A stretch of 64,000 bases of DNA. Origin: Dimorphilus gyrociliatus (Eukaryota; Animalia; Annelida). The DNA is taken from contig CAJFCJ010000025.1 in NCBI GenBank assembly GCA_904063045.1, positions 930,001 through 994,000 of the forward strand. Direction: 5' to 3'. Shown here piece by piece: positions 62,924 through 64,000 of this stretch. Position numbers and translations under genes: made by a program. Within the stretch, counting starts at the first letter, position 1. Every line of letters starts with the position of its first letter. The notes below the pieces were generated by a model. That model was not told the origin of the DNA, did not search any database, and saw nothing but the letters and a program-made list of their open reading frames with translations.

Positions 62924-62955
<32 letters not shown>
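62805..62955. repeat. (CA)n and (GA)n microsatellites
   Basis: Directly visible; explain ORFs 62620-63063 and 62775-63023. Confidence 0.9.
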
Positions 62956-62965
<10 letters not shown>

Positions 62966-64000
62966 GCTGTAGAGAGGTAGACTGTGACGCCAAACTGTTC
63001 GATAAAACCAACTTTGTATCCATCTATTTTGTTACTTTTATAGACAAATATTAAACCATCCATCCTGATTAGATTTTGGCTAAAAATTCCAAATTTCCAC
63101 CTCGCTTACTTTTACAACAGTAGCCAAATGCACTTTGTATATCGTTTAGAAGACTGAAATTGCCTTAAAACGAGGACATATTATTTATTCTTATATCGTC
63201 TCCAGCCTATTTCTGATCATTCAACGCGTCAAAAAGAGATCTATACGTACATATAAGCACACGTATAGATTTGTCTAACAGCGTTTATTTATTTGTATGT
63301 ATACTTCTGGTAACATTAATAATCACGTTACGTATTATTGGGTTATAGCTTTCAAAGGACACAGATGCTGTATAGTAGGTTGTAGTGATAAAACTGCCCT
63401 CTGTTGTCAAAATACAGAAACTTTTTACAAATTATGTTACGTCTTTTTCTCATTTATACAAGTTGTTTGACGACGAAAGAGAAGGAAAGAGAAAGAATAC
63501 TAAGGAATAGAAAATGATAAAAGTCATTTTTTATGAACAAGTTATTACAAGATAAAAACTTTATTAATATTAATACATTAAAGTATGAAAAGGGAAAAGA
63601 CTATCACTCTACTATTGTGCTATTGTACCATTTACTGTGTATAACATCATTTCATATGATATGCTATATGTTTAATTATGATAATAAGAAAAGTACTTTC
63701 TATCCTTTTACAAGTAGAAAATGTATTTATAGATATGCAAAAGGAATTTTTAACTATTTCCTTTTCATAAATATTCAATAGTTGGTACGTTAATAACGTA
63801 TCTTACAGTTATTTTAATCTTTACTTATATTTTCATATAGACGCCTTTGATGGTCATAGTATCTCTTGTCTATTTTCTCTCTTTTACAACATGCGCTCTA
63901 CCTATATCTTCTATGTAAAAAAAGGAAATATCCATAAAGATTTGTTTATCTTCGTATACACGAATGCAAACACACATTACAGTATATATTTATAGTTAGG

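Larger units (their letters stand above)
1694..63984. mobile_element. Dispersed TAC[A/T]GTA motifs, candidate Tc1/mariner excision footprints (no element body)
   Basis: At least 36 heptamers counted by eye, none in reconstructed coding exons. Ten are the exact 13-mer ATATAC[A/T]GTATAT, starting at 11508, 24457, 33364, 33437, 34798, 44219, 44272, 50911, 54313 and 56349. The motif is observed; the footprint origin is inferred. Confidence 0.5.

Noticed and set aside
186-63781. Most 60-110 aa ORFs in the track ([20 protein letters not shown]-rich or K/E/R-rich)
   Set aside because: They are translations of AG/CT, TA or CA microsatellites and poly-T/A tracts, with no domains or splice logic.
1-63984. 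TACATA/TATGTA as 2-nt Tc1-type footprints
   Set aside because: Abundant, but one substitution away from (TA)n, so uninformative.
1-64000. tRNA, rRNA, snRNA, known miRNA, CRISPR array or transposase ORF
   Set aside because: No T-loop or cloverleaf, conserved RNA signature, spaced direct repeats, DDE/RT motifs or long terminal inverted repeats seen by eye; a covariance-model scan would be needed to exclude small ncRNAs.

Overview
Eukaryotic, AT-rich (~30% GC by eye), microsatellite-rich DNA with many 60-100 nt introns. The FVRIamide and myomodulin precursors point to a lophotrochozoan, probably an annelid with a compact genome (inference; species not determinable). I reconstructed nine spliced genes by hand: FVRIamide precursor (-), SLC4 bicarbonate transporter (-), myomodulin/PLPRLG precursor (-), alpha7-like nicotinic receptor (+), Kv3/Shaw channel (-), C4orf45/DUF4562-like protein (-), Sulfotransfer_3-type sulfotransferase (+), an unassigned 175-aa protein (+) and an orphan type-I membrane protein (+). 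I saw no tRNA, rRNA, CRISPR array or intact transposon. Most short ORFs in the track are microsatellite or antisense artefacts. Top observations: (1) the nicotinic receptor has two tandem 87-nt exons, each encoding the pore-lining M2 helix, one with Met at the 9' gate, implying mutually exclusive splicing of the pore; (2) ten exact ATATAC[A/T]GTATAT 13-mers and at least 36 TAC[A/T]GTA heptamers in non-coding DNA match the Sleeping Beauty-type Tc1/mariner excision footprint; (3) the SLC4 ion-binding site mixes Na-coupled and anion-exchanger residues; (4) a recurrent AGATGGCG (CTCF/YY1-like) motif. All exon coordinates and counts are manual.
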